From Gemmatimonadaceae bacterium (lineage in GTDB: Bacteria > Gemmatimonadota > Gemmatimonadetes > Gemmatimonadales > Gemmatimonadaceae), in NCBI GenBank assembly GCA_033763905.1, contig JANRJP010000031.1:1-12410 (forward strand): 12,410 bases of DNA, in the 5' to 3' direction. How positions within the stretch are numbered: position 1 is the first letter of the stretch; every line of letters begins with the position of its first letter. Below the pieces are notes generated by a model. It ran no database searches, had not been told where the DNA came from, and saw nothing but the letters and a program-made list of their open reading frames with translations. The translations under genes were made by a program, and so were the position numbers. This document shows, in pieces, positions 1 through 6,871 of this stretch.

Positions 1-180
1 CATCCCGATGAGCGCGCCGCCGAGCGGGGACATCCACTGTTCGTGGGTGACGCGGGTCGCCGTCCGAAGCTCCCAGCAACCGGACAGCCATCCGAGCCGC
101 GACACCTCGTCCGGGCTTTGTGCGGTCAGGCGGCTTGCGGAGGTAATGCCAACACAGAGCAGTGCGATCATCCAGCGCAT
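1..180 (-). CDS. Secreted DUF6265-like protein, 5' part only (runs off the left edge)
   Basis: Manual translation of the reverse complement from ATG at 180 gives MRWMIALLCVGITSASRLTAQSPDEVSRLGWLSGCWELRTATRVTHEQWMSPLGGALIGM, with no stop. It has a signal peptide followed by the W-L-x-G-x-W...E-x-W-x-x-P-x-G-G-x-x-x-G pattern I associate with DUF6265. It is absent from the ORF track because its stop lies outside the window. Confidence 0.8.
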   Translation of the reverse strand, partial: MRWMIALLCVGITSASRLTAQSPDEVSRLGWLSGCWELRTATRVTHEQWMSPLGGALIGM

Positions 181-237
181 CGGGGCACTCGGCAGAAGGA
201 AGAAGTGCCACGATGGGCCATTTACACCCGGACCGCT

Positions 238-807
238 ATGCGATTCGCCCCGTCCTGCATCGTCTCGGCACTGCTCCTGAGCATCGCGAGCGCACGCCCG
301 CTTCCGGCACAAGCTTCGATGATCACGAGGGGCAGCGGCGTCGTTGGCGTCACCGGGACGCGCTTCTCGCCGCTGTCTCCGCTGGATGCGCCGATCGAGG
401 CGATTGGCGTGCACGCGTCGGGCAGCCTCCGAGTCTGGCGTCTGCTGGATATCGGGGCCAGCGCCGCGCGATGGGTGCCCCGAAGCGTCGTGGCGGTGAC
501 GCCGGGCTGCACCAGCCTCCCCTGCCAAGGCAGCAGCACGCCCGAGGTGCTCGACGCGCTGTCGATCCACGCCGGCGTGGCGTGGTTCGAGCAGCGCCTC
601 CGCGTCAGCGTCGGTGCAGGCGTCCTGCGTGCGGCCGGCGCTGAACCAGGACCGACGCGCACCGCGACACGCGACGTGGCGGTTGAGCTTCGGCCCTTTG
701 GCCGCACACGCTGGCGCCCGGTGCTCGGTGTCCGCGCCGTGTGGCTCGGCGAGCCGATCACCGGCTTTCGTCGATTGCTTGCCCCGCAGGTCGGCGTGGC
801 CTTCTGA
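238..807 (+). CDS. Hypothetical exported protein, probable small outer-membrane beta-barrel (189 aa)
   Basis: Part of ORF 43..807. The start was moved to ATG 238 because the upstream part overlaps the minus-strand gene and a signal peptide begins here (MRFAPSCIVSALLLSIASARPLPA|Q). It has alternating amphipathic strands (VHASGSLRVW, LRVSVGAGV, VAVELRP, VLGVRAVW), a C-terminal Phe (QVGVAF) and a CTSLPC loop. Confidence 0.65.
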   Translation: MRFAPSCIVSALLLSIASARPLPAQASMITRGSGVVGVTGTRFSPLSPLDAPIEAIGVHASGSLRVWRLLDIGASAARWVPRSVVAVTPGCTSLPCQGSSTPEVLDALSIHAGVAWFEQRLRVSVGAGVLRAAGAEPGPTRTATRDVAVELRPFGRTRWRPVLGVRAVWLGEPITGFRRLLAPQVGVAF

Positions 808-810
808 CAA

Positions 811-831
811 CCGCGCACCAGCCACGCGCGG
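811..831. terminator. Short GC hairpin between convergent genes, possible weak terminator
   Basis: CCGCGC-accagccac-GCGCGG forms a 6-bp stem between the stops at 807 and 846. There is no clear U-tract. Confidence 0.3.
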
Positions 832-845
832 ATGCCAACACCCGC

Positions 846-1976
846 CTATCGGGCGACCAATGCCTCGGCGAAGGTCGGCGCCATCAGCCCCTCGCGTGAG
901 CGTCCGTGCGGGTCCTGATTCGCACGAATTCGGTTCACCATCTCGAGCGCGGTCTCGGTCAGGGGCGGGAGTTCGCGGGCGCTTATGCCGAGCGGCGTGG
1001 TGCGCGCGCCCCACTTCACCAGCAGCGAGTTGAACGTCAGCCCGCCGCCGAACGCCGGCATCAGCAGCCAGGAGCCAGGCTGGACGCGGCCCTCCTCGAG
1101 CGCTTCGCACAGTGCGACTGGCACCGTGGCGGCGCTCATATTGCCGTACTTGTGCACGGTGACGAACACGCGCTCCATCGGCACGCCGGCGTACTTCGCG
1201 ACCGACTCGATGATGCGCAGGTTGGCCTGATGCGGCACGACGAGACTGACGTCATCCGCGGTGAGTCCCCGATCGGCGAGCACCTTCACCGAGGCCGTCG
1301 CCATCGCGTGCACCGCGCGCTTGAAGATAACCTGGCCATCAAAATCCCAGATGGTGTCGCCGAGCGTGATGTTGTGTCCCGAGTACCCGCAACCGAAGCC
1401 GCGGACACGGAGCGACGCGCGCGCCTCGGCATCACAGCCAAGAACGGTGCCGAGCACGCCTTCTTCGGTGTCGGACGACTGCAGCACCACCGCGGCAGCG
1501 CCGTCACCGAACAACACGGCGACGTTGCGATTCGACCAGTCCATATACCGGCTGATCAGTTCGACGCCGATCACGACCGCGTTGCGCACCATCCCCGTAC
1601 GAATCATTCCGGTGGCCACGGCGAGCCCGTAGCAGAAGCTCGTACAGGCGGTGTTCAGGTCCATCGCCGCCGCCTTGTGTGCCCCGAGGGCCAATTGCAC
1701 GCCGCTGGAGGTGTTGGGGCACAATTCTTCGTTGCTGACCCCGCCGTAGATGATCAGATCGACGTCCGCCGCATCGAGTCCGGCGCACGCCAGTGCCCGA
1801 GAGGCGGCGACGGTCGACAGCTCCAGCGCCGAGACGTGCGAGATGCGGCGCTCCTTCATTCCGGTGCGCGACGTGATCCATTCGTCCGACGTCTCGAGGA
1901 AGGTCGAGAGGTCGTCGTTCGTGAGGACGGCCGGCGGCATACACTTGCCCCAGCCCGTGATGGCGGCGTATGGCAT
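846..1976 (-). CDS. fabH: Beta-ketoacyl-ACP synthase III (FabH family), stand-alone, with C-terminal extension (376 aa)
   Basis: Start MPYAAITGWGKCMPPAVLTNDDL...TSDEWITSRTG. Catalytic Cys in DLNTACTSF, LFGDGAAA motif, His in VPHQANLRII, Asn in YGNMSAATVP, and AFGGGLTF. The upstream 179 codons of the track ORF overlap the peptidase gene and are taken as non-coding. Confidence 0.95.
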   Translation of the reverse strand: MPYAAITGWGKCMPPAVLTNDDLSTFLETSDEWITSRTGMKERRISHVSALELSTVAASRALACAGLDAADVDLIIYGGVSNEELCPNTSSGVQLALGAHKAAAMDLNTACTSFCYGLAVATGMIRTGMVRNAVVIGVELISRYMDWSNRNVAVLFGDGAAAVVLQSSDTEEGVLGTVLGCDAEARASLRVRGFGCGYSGHNITLGDTIWDFDGQVIFKRAVHAMATASVKVLADRGLTADDVSLVVPHQANLRIIESVAKYAGVPMERVFVTVHKYGNMSAATVPVALCEALEEGRVQPGSWLLMPAFGGGLTFNSLLVKWGARTTPLGISARELPPLTETALEMVNRIRANQDPHGRSREGLMAPTFAEALVAR

Positions 1977-1984
1977 AGGCCACC

Positions 1985-1990
1985 ACGCTA
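1985..1990 (-). promoter_or_regulatory. Candidate -10 element (TAGCGT) of fabH
   Basis: The minus strand reads ...ggcgt TAGCGT ggtggcct ATG, a TAnnnT hexamer 8 nt before the start codon. Confidence 0.35.
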
Positions 1991-1996
1991 ACGCCT

Positions 1997-2023
1997 TTCC
2001 GCCAGACTGCCAGTCTTGCGGAA
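1997..2023. repeat. 27-bp near-perfect palindrome (operator or RNA hairpin)
   Basis: TTCCGC-C-AGACTG-C-CAGTCT-T-GCGGAA: 12 of 13 arm positions are complementary around C2010. It lies between the peptidase stop and the fabH start. Confidence 0.75.
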
Positions 2024-3343
2024 TCAGCGAATCACGCGAATCCGGTCGGCCACCGGTGACAGCCACTCGACGCCGCGCGCGGTGACGACGGCGTTGTCCT
2101 CGAGCGGGATCCGCACTTTCTTCCCGCCCCAGGCATCGGCGGGCACCCAGGCGAACAGCTCGATCGAGAACAGGTTCGACGGCCGGATCTCGAACTCGAG
2201 ACGCCCCGGGTTGAACGTGGCGATCGAGGGCCCAATGCCGTGGCCCCAGTCCCCGACCGAGTGGCAGCCGATGTAGAACTCCGTGACGCGATCCGCGGCC
2301 ACCTGGTTGAAGGCGGCGGCCTTGCGGAATCCCGCCTTGCCGATCGCCGACTCCAGATCGGCAAGCGTCGCCTTCGCCGTCTTGCCGGGCACGATCGTCC
2401 GCCGAATGACGTCGCGGATCTGCAGCGCCTGCGCGTAGGCCGACGTCAGCCACGCCGGCGCCTCGGTCTCCCCCTCGCGCAACACATACGCCTGTCGCTT
2501 CTGGTCCGTCCACAGCCCAAGCGCGCTCACGCCGTAGTCGATGATGACGAGATCACCGCGCTGAATGACACGGTCGTTCGACGTGGCTTCGATGCCATTC
2601 GGGCCGGTGATGTACACCGAGGGCACTTCGAACGAGGTGCCGAGGCCGCGCGCACGCATCTGCTCCGAGAGCCACCACGCCACATCCGCCAAGGTGGTTC
2701 GGCCCGGCGTGATCACTTCGTTCGACAGGGCGCGGTCGAGCAACTGTCGACCGATCTCGGTCGCTTCGCCGAAAGCCGCGAGTTCCGACGCGACGCGACG
2801 CGAGCTGAAGTCCGAGATGAGCTTCTCGGCGCTCACCAGTCGCGCGGCGTACGACGGCCCCAGTTGCGCCACCAAGTGCTCGTAGAGCGTGTGGGACAGT
2901 CCATCCGCTCGCCCCATCTCCCGTGACAGATTGATGCCGATGCGCTTGGGGTTCCGCGCCGCGACGAACGCGCGGATGTCGGCCGCGCCGTCATCGATAT
3001 CGTAGGCGCCGCAGCGGGCGCGGAAGTGATCGGTGATTCCCAGCGCCGCCCGTTCGATGCGGTCGCCGCCACGGTCGGTGAACACGTAGTACCCGATGTC
3101 CCCCACATAGCCGCGGCCGAGCAGTTCCCACTGGGGGTCGTAGTGGCCTTCGCGCATCGCGACGATCCACATATCGATGCCATTCTCGCGCATCGCTTCG
3201 GGCAGGATGCGATCGAACTTCTCTCGGCGGATCAGGCAGCGCCGCTCCCATTCCACTCGCGCCGCGCCACCGACGGGCTGCCCCGCCAACATCGTCGGCG
3301 CCAAGGTGGCGAGCGTGAGCAGCAGTCGGGTCAGTCGTCGCAT
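2024..3343 (-). CDS. Secreted M24-family (Xaa-Pro / pita-bread fold) metallopeptidase (439 aa)
   Basis: Signal peptide MRRLTRLLLTLATLAPTMLAGQ. The metal ligands appear in M24 order: D and D in IIDYGVSALGLWTD, H in GCHSVGDWGHGIG, E in FSIELF, E in PLEDN. The start ATG at 3343 is 14 bp after the DUF445 stop. Confidence 0.88.
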   Translation of the reverse strand: MRRLTRLLLTLATLAPTMLAGQPVGGAARVEWERRCLIRREKFDRILPEAMRENGIDMWIVAMREGHYDPQWELLGRGYVGDIGYYVFTDRGGDRIERAALGITDHFRARCGAYDIDDGAADIRAFVAARNPKRIGINLSREMGRADGLSHTLYEHLVAQLGPSYAARLVSAEKLISDFSSRRVASELAAFGEATEIGRQLLDRALSNEVITPGRTTLADVAWWLSEQMRARGLGTSFEVPSVYITGPNGIEATSNDRVIQRGDLVIIDYGVSALGLWTDQKRQAYVLREGETEAPAWLTSAYAQALQIRDVIRRTIVPGKTAKATLADLESAIGKAGFRKAAAFNQVAADRVTEFYIGCHSVGDWGHGIGPSIATFNPGRLEFEIRPSNLFSIELFAWVPADAWGGKKVRIPLEDNAVVTARGVEWLSPVADRIRVIR

Positions 3344-3357
3344 AGGTGGCGCGGTGG

Positions 3358-4635
3358 TCAGAGGAACTGCGAGAACGTGTAGATCAGCAGGCCGGCGAGC
3401 CCACCGACGAGCGTGCCATTGATGCGGATGTACTGCAGGTCGCGTCCGACCGCCAGTTCCACGCGCGACGCCGCGAGGTCGGGATCCCACCGCGTCACCG
3501 TGTCTTCGATGAGCAGCGCCACTTCGTGCCGATTCTGCTCGACGACACCGGCAATGGTCTCGACGAGGAAGTCGTCGATCTCCTGCTTGAGCGCGGGGTT
3601 CGCCAGCAACTGCTCCCCCACGCGCGTGACCGCGCGAACCAAGGCGTCGGGCGCGCCCTCGGGATCCGCTTCCCATTTGGCGGTCGTGCGACGAATGGCA
3701 TCCCACAGCGCGTCGGCGGCAGAGTCCGCCATCGGATGCTCGAGCAGGTGCGCCTTCACCGCGTCGGCCTTCTCGGCCATCGCGGGCGAATGCTTGAGGT
3801 CCTCGATCATCCGCCGGAAGGCCACATCGAAGCGGCCCCGCACCGGGTGCACGGGGTCGTTTGCGACGTCGGTCAGGAAGTTGTCGATCCCTTGCATCAC
3901 GCGCTTGTGGACCACGCCCGAGACCATCCCGGGAATCCAGCGCGGGCTTTCTTCGTTGATCTTCTCGCGAATCAGCTCTTCGTTGTTCTCGACGGCGGAG
4001 GCGACCAATCGCACCGCTTCGTCGACGAGAACCATATGCCGGTTGTCAGTCGCCGCCGCTTCGAGGACGCGCCCGAGCAACGGTGCCACCGGCGCGCGCT
4101 CGAGGCCACGCACGGCGGCATCGCGAATGAACTGCGTCACCGCATCTTCGGGGAGCGCGTCCACGGCGCGCGCGGCGCCGAGGGCGGCGGAGCGCGCCAG
4201 TCGCGTGGCGTTCTCCGGCTGCACCAGCCACGCGGCCGTGCGATCGGCCAACTGCAGTGCGCGAAGCCGTGCGCCCACGACGTCGCGCGTGAGAAAGTGA
4301 TTCTGCACGAAGTCGCCGAGAATTCGCGCGATGCGATCCTTCTGCAAGCGCACGATGGCGGTGTGCGGGATCGGCAGGCCCAGCGGATGCCGGAAGAGCG
4401 CGGTCACGGCGAACCAGTCCGCGAGGCCGCCCACCAACGACGCTTCGGCCGCGGCGCGGACATAGCCGAGCCAAGCGTACTGCGACTCGTACAGTCTCGC
4501 CGCCAGAAACACCACCGCCGCCAAGACCAGCAGCGCCGTGGCGCGCCGACGCATCCGAGCGATCTCGGCGCGCCGCGCCTCGTCGGTGGGCTTCGGGCCT
4601 AGCGGTGGAACGGGCGGGGGAAGTACGGAAGCCAT
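3358..4635 (-). CDS. DUF445 (YjiN-like) membrane-anchored protein (425 aa)
   Basis: Signature motifs AEASLVGGLADWFAVTALFRHPLGLPIPHTAIV and GRDLQYIRINGTLVGGLAG, with N- and C-terminal TM helices and a helical middle. GGAG lies just before ATG 4635. Confidence 0.93.
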   Translation of the reverse strand: MASVLPPPVPPLGPKPTDEARRAEIARMRRRATALLVLAAVVFLAARLYESQYAWLGYVRAAAEASLVGGLADWFAVTALFRHPLGLPIPHTAIVRLQKDRIARILGDFVQNHFLTRDVVGARLRALQLADRTAAWLVQPENATRLARSAALGAARAVDALPEDAVTQFIRDAAVRGLERAPVAPLLGRVLEAAATDNRHMVLVDEAVRLVASAVENNEELIREKINEESPRWIPGMVSGVVHKRVMQGIDNFLTDVANDPVHPVRGRFDVAFRRMIEDLKHSPAMAEKADAVKAHLLEHPMADSAADALWDAIRRTTAKWEADPEGAPDALVRAVTRVGEQLLANPALKQEIDDFLVETIAGVVEQNRHEVALLIEDTVTRWDPDLAASRVELAVGRDLQYIRINGTLVGGLAGLLIYTFSQFL

Positions 4636-4643
4636 ACTCCACA

Positions 4644-4649
4644 ATCGTA
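4644..4649 (-). promoter_or_regulatory. Candidate -10 element (TACGAT) of the DUF445 gene
   Basis: The minus strand reads ...gcggtg TACGAT tgtggagt ATG, a TAnnnT hexamer 8 nt before the start codon. Confidence 0.35.
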
Positions 4650-4674
4650 CACCGCCGCGCCGTCGCAATCACCT

Positions 4675-4691
4675 CGCGGCGCCCCGCCGCG
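4675..4691 (-). terminator. GC hairpin immediately after the FecR-domain gene stop
   Basis: CGCGGCG-ccc-CGCCGCG is a perfect 7-bp stem abutting TAA (4692-4694). There is no U-tract. Confidence 0.4.
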
Positions 4692-6179
4692 TTACGGAAC
4701 CCCGGGCAACTTGCGGAGGACGGGCAACGGCGGCTCTTCTGCCGGCGCCGTGGCGACGTCGCGCCGTGCAGGCCTCACGCGGCCTGGCGCGGGACGAACC
4801 GGCCGCGCGCCCTCGGCGATCGTCAGCCGGTCGCCCGCGCGCGTGACCGAGCGGCCGGTCGCCGTGGCCAGCGACTGAATCAGCACCGGCAGACTGTCCA
4901 GCGGGACATCGAGCGCCACACTGTCGCCGCTCACCCCCTTGGCATCGAGCTCGAGCGCAAACCACTGACTGATGGGAGCGCGCAGGCCAGACACCGGGCC
5001 ACGCGCCGTCTGCAGCCGACCTGAGCGCCACGCAAAGGCGCGAGTCGCGTCGTCACGATCGGCGGCGGTGACCTCGCCGCTCGCGGAGATCACGACCGCA
5101 TTGCCGGCCGGAATGCGCGTGATGCGCTCAGTCGTGTAATGCTGCACATCGCCGCGCTCGGCGAAGACCAGCATCGAGTCGCCGGTGGTCACGAAGGCCA
5201 GCGCACCACCCATCGTCTCGAGGCGCTGGCCCGAGGCGCTGACCACCAGGGGCGACGCGGAATCCTCCGCGACCTCGAGCCACGCGGTGCCGCTGACGCG
5301 AGCCGCGCGAATGCCATCGGCGAGGTTCCCGACCGCAACCGACGAGGCGGGGCCAATCACCACGCGGAATCCCGGCGCGAGCGTGGTGTCGCGCCGCTGG
5401 CCGCGCTCGGCGGAGAGGCGTGGCAACGTCGAGTCCGCCGCTGCCGCCCGCGCGCGGTCCAGTGCGTTCGGGGCCGTCGCCATCTTGGCGATCGCGACGA
5501 CCGCGAGCACCGCCACAGCGGCACCGGCAATGATCCCACGGCGCTTGGGCGAGCCGGCCGCGGGTTTGCCCTCGGTCGCCGAGATGTACTGGGCAGAGCG
5601 CAGCTTCGGACGCGCCACGGTGGGGCGGCCAGCGCCCGATGGCGCGTCGGCAGCGACTGACTGGCGCGGCTTCCCGTTCGCTGACGCGACGGCCGGCGCG
5701 TCAAGCACCGGCGTCGGAAGGACCGGCGTGGCGACGCGCGGTGACTCGATAGGAGGGCCGCCTGCGACTGCCGCCGCGGACACCACCGGCATCGGCACCG
5801 ACGGGGTTGGTCGGCGCCCCTCGCGCAAGCGACCCAGCACGGCATCCATCGACAGCAGGTGCAAGTCACCCGGCATCCCGGCCGCCGTCTCGTCGGCGTC
5901 GAATCGCGTCACCGCCAGCCGCCGCTCCTCCTCCCGCGCAATCGCGCCGAGCGCCGATTCCTGCGCGTGCTTGAGCAGTGCCTCGGTGGTCGCGAAACGG
6001 TCCCGCTCGTTCCACGCCCGGTACAGCACGCGCTCGACGAGCCGACCGGCGGTAGCGGCGTCGCCCAACCGCACCGTACCTTCCCACGCCAGTCTGGGGT
6101 ACAAGGCGGCAACGTAGCGTTCAACGGTCAGGGTGCCTCGCGTCGGATCCGCCGCGACGGGAGGTGTCAGTGTGGCCAT
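4692..6179 (-). CDS. FecR-domain membrane protein with an N-terminal ECF sigma-70 region-2-like domain (495 aa)
   Basis: aa ~22-88 (LYPRLAWEGTVRLGDAATAGRLVERVLYRAWNERDRF) resembles ECF sigma-2. It is followed by a Pro/Ala linker and then KRR plus one TM helix at aa ~215-232. The FecR core spans aa ~254-347 (ERGQRRDTTL..G.RV.IGPASS...SGTAWLEV..D...PLVV....ERGDV), followed by the FecR C-terminal pattern AWRSGRL....PV......ISQWF. GGAG lies upstream of ATG 6179. Confidence 0.8.
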   Translation of the reverse strand: MATLTPPVAADPTRGTLTVERYVAALYPRLAWEGTVRLGDAATAGRLVERVLYRAWNERDRFATTEALLKHAQESALGAIAREEERRLAVTRFDADETAAGMPGDLHLLSMDAVLGRLREGRRPTPSVPMPVVSAAAVAGGPPIESPRVATPVLPTPVLDAPAVASANGKPRQSVAADAPSGAGRPTVARPKLRSAQYISATEGKPAAGSPKRRGIIAGAAVAVLAVVAIAKMATAPNALDRARAAAADSTLPRLSAERGQRRDTTLAPGFRVVIGPASSVAVGNLADGIRAARVSGTAWLEVAEDSASPLVVSASGQRLETMGGALAFVTTGDSMLVFAERGDVQHYTTERITRIPAGNAVVISASGEVTAADRDDATRAFAWRSGRLQTARGPVSGLRAPISQWFALELDAKGVSGDSVALDVPLDSLPVLIQSLATATGRSVTRAGDRLTIAEGARPVRPAPGRVRPARRDVATAPAEEPPLPVLRKLPGVP

Positions 6180-6223
6180 ACCGTCAATCTCCAAATTGCT
6201 CCCGGCGGCGAACAAGCAACGTG

Positions 6224-6871
6224 ATGCGACCGAAGCACACTCGTGACGTATGGCTGGCGATCGTTGCACTGGGGCTCCCGCTCGCCACCTCAGCGGCACA
6301 GGCCCCGGACACCGCCGATGTCGCCTTTATGCGCGGTATGATCGGCCATCACGCGCAGGCGGTCACGATGACCGCGATGATCGCCGAACGAACGACGAAC
6401 CCTCGTTTCCGTCTGCTCGGCGAGCGCATTGCGGTGTCGCAGCAGGACGAAATCGCCACGATGCGCCGCTGGCTGGCCTCGCGTGGGATGGCCGAGCCCG
6501 CCGCGACAGGGGCCCAATCGCACGCGCAGCACGGTGTGCAACACGGTGCGCACGCGATGGCGCACGGGGACCACGCGATGATGCCCGGGATGTTGACACC
6601 CGCCGAGCTCGACTCGCTGGCCGCGAGTCGCGGCACGGCGTTCGAGCAGATGTTTCTGCGCAAGATGATTCGCCACCACGAAGGCGCGCTCGCGATGGTC
6701 GCGGCGCTCTTCGCCCGAACCGGCGCCGCGCAGGACGCCGAAGTGTTTGCGTTTGCCTCGGATGTCGATGCGGATCAGCGCGCCGAGATTCGCCGAATGA
6801 CCTCGATGCTGGACACCCGAACCACCCGTCGCGCCCGGCCGGCGCGTGTCACCCGAACCACCTCTCCCTGA
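6224..6871 (+). CDS. Exported DUF305 (ferritin-like, CopM-related) protein with His/Met-rich linker (215 aa)
   Basis: Signal peptide ending ...LATSAA|Q. Two DUF305 half-repeats: ADVAFMRGMIGHHAQAVTM...QQDEIATM and FLRKMIRHHEGALAM...DQRAEIRRM, with MPGMLT between them. The start is ATG 6224 (or GTG 6221). Confidence 0.9.
   Translation: MRPKHTRDVWLAIVALGLPLATSAAQAPDTADVAFMRGMIGHHAQAVTMTAMIAERTTNPRFRLLGERIAVSQQDEIATMRRWLASRGMAEPAATGAQSHAQHGVQHGAHAMAHGDHAMMPGMLTPAELDSLAASRGTAFEQMFLRKMIRHHEGALAMVAALFARTGAAQDAEVFAFASDVDADQRAEIRRMTSMLDTRTTRRARPARVTRTTSP
6521..6583 (+). repeat. Degenerate tandem repeat encoding a His/Met tract HAQHGVQHGAHAMAHGDHAMM
   Basis: Recurrent CAC-GCG / CAC-GGN units give six His spaced 3-4 residues apart. 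Confidence 0.7.

Noticed and set aside
192..210. Sigma-54 promoter (TGGCAC on the minus strand)
   Set aside because: There is no GC at the required -12 position 10 nt after the GG.
182..211. CIRCE-like inverted repeat (GGCACTC...AAGTGCCA)
   Set aside because: The spacer is 12 nt rather than the strict 9 nt, the outer TT/AA bases are missing, and the flanking genes are not chaperones.
1977..2513. Long N-terminal extension of FabH in the ORF track (555 aa)
   Set aside because: It overlaps the peptidase in another frame and is Arg/Gly-rich shadow sequence. FabH homology begins at Met 1976.
3344..3706. N-terminal extension of the M24 peptidase ORF
   Set aside because: It overlaps the conserved DUF445 C-terminus. 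The signal peptide starts at 3343.
6196..6219. TTGCT-N14-AGCAA dyad in the 44-bp divergent spacer
   Set aside because: The arms are only 5 bp and could easily arise by chance. No recognisable ECF or metal-regulator consensus is present.
6250..6870. N-terminal 207 aa of the 795-aa ORF, or a possible DUF305-LVIVD frameshift fusion
   Set aside because: This is the off-frame reading of the DUF305 gene. The LVIVD protein has its own ATG and signal peptide at 6871, and no slippery sequence is seen.
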